From: Phyllosticta citribraziliensis
Taxonomy: Eukaryota
NCBI RefSeq assembly: GCF_038025025.1
Contig: NW_027117339.1
Location: 2,108,001-2,172,000, forward strand
Direction: 5' to 3'
DNA length: 64,000 bases
The notes under the pieces are model-generated. The model made no database searches, was not told the DNA's origin, and saw nothing but the letters and a program-made list of their open reading frames with translations. A program made the translations under genes and the position numbers. Positions 62,440-64,000 of the stretch are shown here, piece after piece; positions within the stretch are counted from its first letter, which is position 1; the number at the start of each line of letters is the position of its first letter.

Positions 62440-62863
62440 GGTGACGAAATCGCGCGAGAAAAGACGGACGAGAGGGAGCCGACAGGTCAATTGAAGGGCC
62501 CGCGGTGTGTGTCGGCGGAGCAGGTGACGGGAGAGAGGAGCGAGGATGTCGTGGTGCTGTTGATGCAACGACGAGCAGCTTTTCCAGCGCGTGGGCGGCA
62601 GAAGTTCAACGCAGCATGCGACTTTCGCGGTCTTTCCCGAGCCGGATGCTTAGCGGCTTAATCATCCGTGGGCTCATCCTTGTCACCGCCGCGAGACCCT
62701 CTCTGAGCTGTTTACTCGCACCCAACCTGTCCACGACCACCATTATTGCCAATTTATTCCCCTCGGGCCCCGAATGAGTCGCGCGTCGATGCGCCGCCCG
62801 CTTGCCCACCGCCAGCCCACCTGAACACGCCAACGACCTCTCATCGCCCGACAAACGGCCACC

Positions 62864-64000
62864 ATGTCGGATCCTTCGTCGACGATGCAGCAGCGCCGGG
62901 ATGAAATCCTGGCCAAAAAGGCCAAGCTGGCTGAGCTTAAGCGGCAGCGCGAGATGCGCCAGAAGGAGTTTACCCAGAGCCGCCAGAGCATGTCGGACGC
63001 GTCTGATGTACGGCATTCGCGTCAGTCCTCTACAAACACAGCTAATGTAGTGTTTCCCAGCTAGTGTCGCCTACGCCAAGCCGAGCCGACAGCAGACGCG
63101 AACTGGACCATCTGATTCAAAGCTTGGTCGGAGAAAGCAGACCAGGCTCGGGAGGTCCAAGAGACCCATCCTCACCAACTGGTGGAAGAAGCAGGCCCAC
63201 GTCGGTCGTCAGCGCAAGCCAGTTGTCGAGCGCCGTAGGGGACGCCATCGAAACCGCCAGCAGTCCCGCAACGGTCCAAACGACAACAACAGTACCGCAG
63301 CCGCTCTCGATTGCCCCGCTCACGACCGTCTACGAAGCACCGTCGACGCCCAAGCCCGAAATCATCACCTACAGTAAAGGCGTGCAGACTACAGAACCAT
63401 GGTCTCCGCCGAAAAGGCGCCAGTCGGAGTCGGACGGCGAGACTGAAAGCCATGTTCCTGACTGGTCTCCGTCAAAGGCAAAGAGGTCGAGCAAACGTTG
63501 GAGCAGGATAGACCGCCTCCGAGACGATGATTTGCGCCAGAACATTCGGAAAGAAATCGAGGAGGAACTGAAGGCCTTACAAGATGGTCAGGACTCTGGA
63601 GCAGCAGCCTCGACCGAGCCAAAGTTCCCCGCAAGACAATTGACGGACGAGGAGCTCAATGCCGTCACTGGGTCCGACGACTTTTTTGATTTTGTGGAAA
63701 GGTCGACAAAGGTGATTGAGAGGGCTTTGGAGGAAGAGTATGATCTTCTTACCGACTACGCCATGGCTGGCATGGAGGATGTGGATGAAGACGAAGACGG
63801 GTTTGGCAACGCAAAGGGCAAAAAGGGTCGGAGGATACGCGAGGTCACCCAGTTTTACGACGAACGGTGGAGCAAAAAGAGAATGATAAGTGACCTGAAT
63901 TTCTCTCAAAAGGTTTGTATCTTTGCTACAAGCACCGAATTACAACAGTGGCTGACTGCCTTCAGTTCCCCGAACTCGTCCTGGCATCCTATACCAAGAA
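62864..64000 (+). CDS. nudI: Cytoplasmic dynein intermediate chain, 5' part, runs off the window; introns 63008-63060, 63913-63965
   Basis: RRDEILAKKAKLAELKRQRE coiled coil, ITYSKGVQT light-chain motif, DFVERSTKVIERAL, FYDERWSKKRMISDLNFSQK|FPELVLASY. Confidence 0.9.

Noticed and set aside
1..64000. Transposons, CRISPR arrays, rRNA or snRNA genes
   Set aside because: No transposase or RT ORFs, terminal repeats, repeat-spacer arrays or rRNA/snRNA signatures were recognised.

Overview
Gene-dense genomic DNA from a filamentous ascomycete fungus, judged from short GT-AG introns with CTRAY branch sites and Pezizomycotina-type proteins; the species cannot be determined from the sequence. It holds about 15 recognisable protein genes: Ace1/SltA C2H2 factor, Ipa1/UBE3D, Rim15, Rpb4, Lrg1 LIM-RhoGAP, a questin-oxidase-like (DUF4243) protein, the AspRS-DUF2156 fusion ErdS, an FSH1 hydrolase, an F-box protein, Mms19, Mtd1, Rpf2, Grx3/4, an S8 protease, ATP synthase subunit e and a truncated dynein intermediate chain. 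There is also one intron-containing tRNA-Gly(GCC). Main observations: (1) a box H/ACA guide RNA hidden in the 424-nt first intron of IPA1, with two canonical pockets that both appear to target U2 snRNA; (2) ErdS, a tRNA-dependent sterol aminoacylation enzyme, without the usual erdH neighbour; (3) a questin-oxidase-like protein that seems to have lost most metal ligands; (4) an array of small co-oriented signal-peptide ORFs in an accessory-looking block at 37.4-45 kb; (5) ace1, whose three introns are all 3n and stop-free. Family calls come from motif recognition only; no database searches were run.
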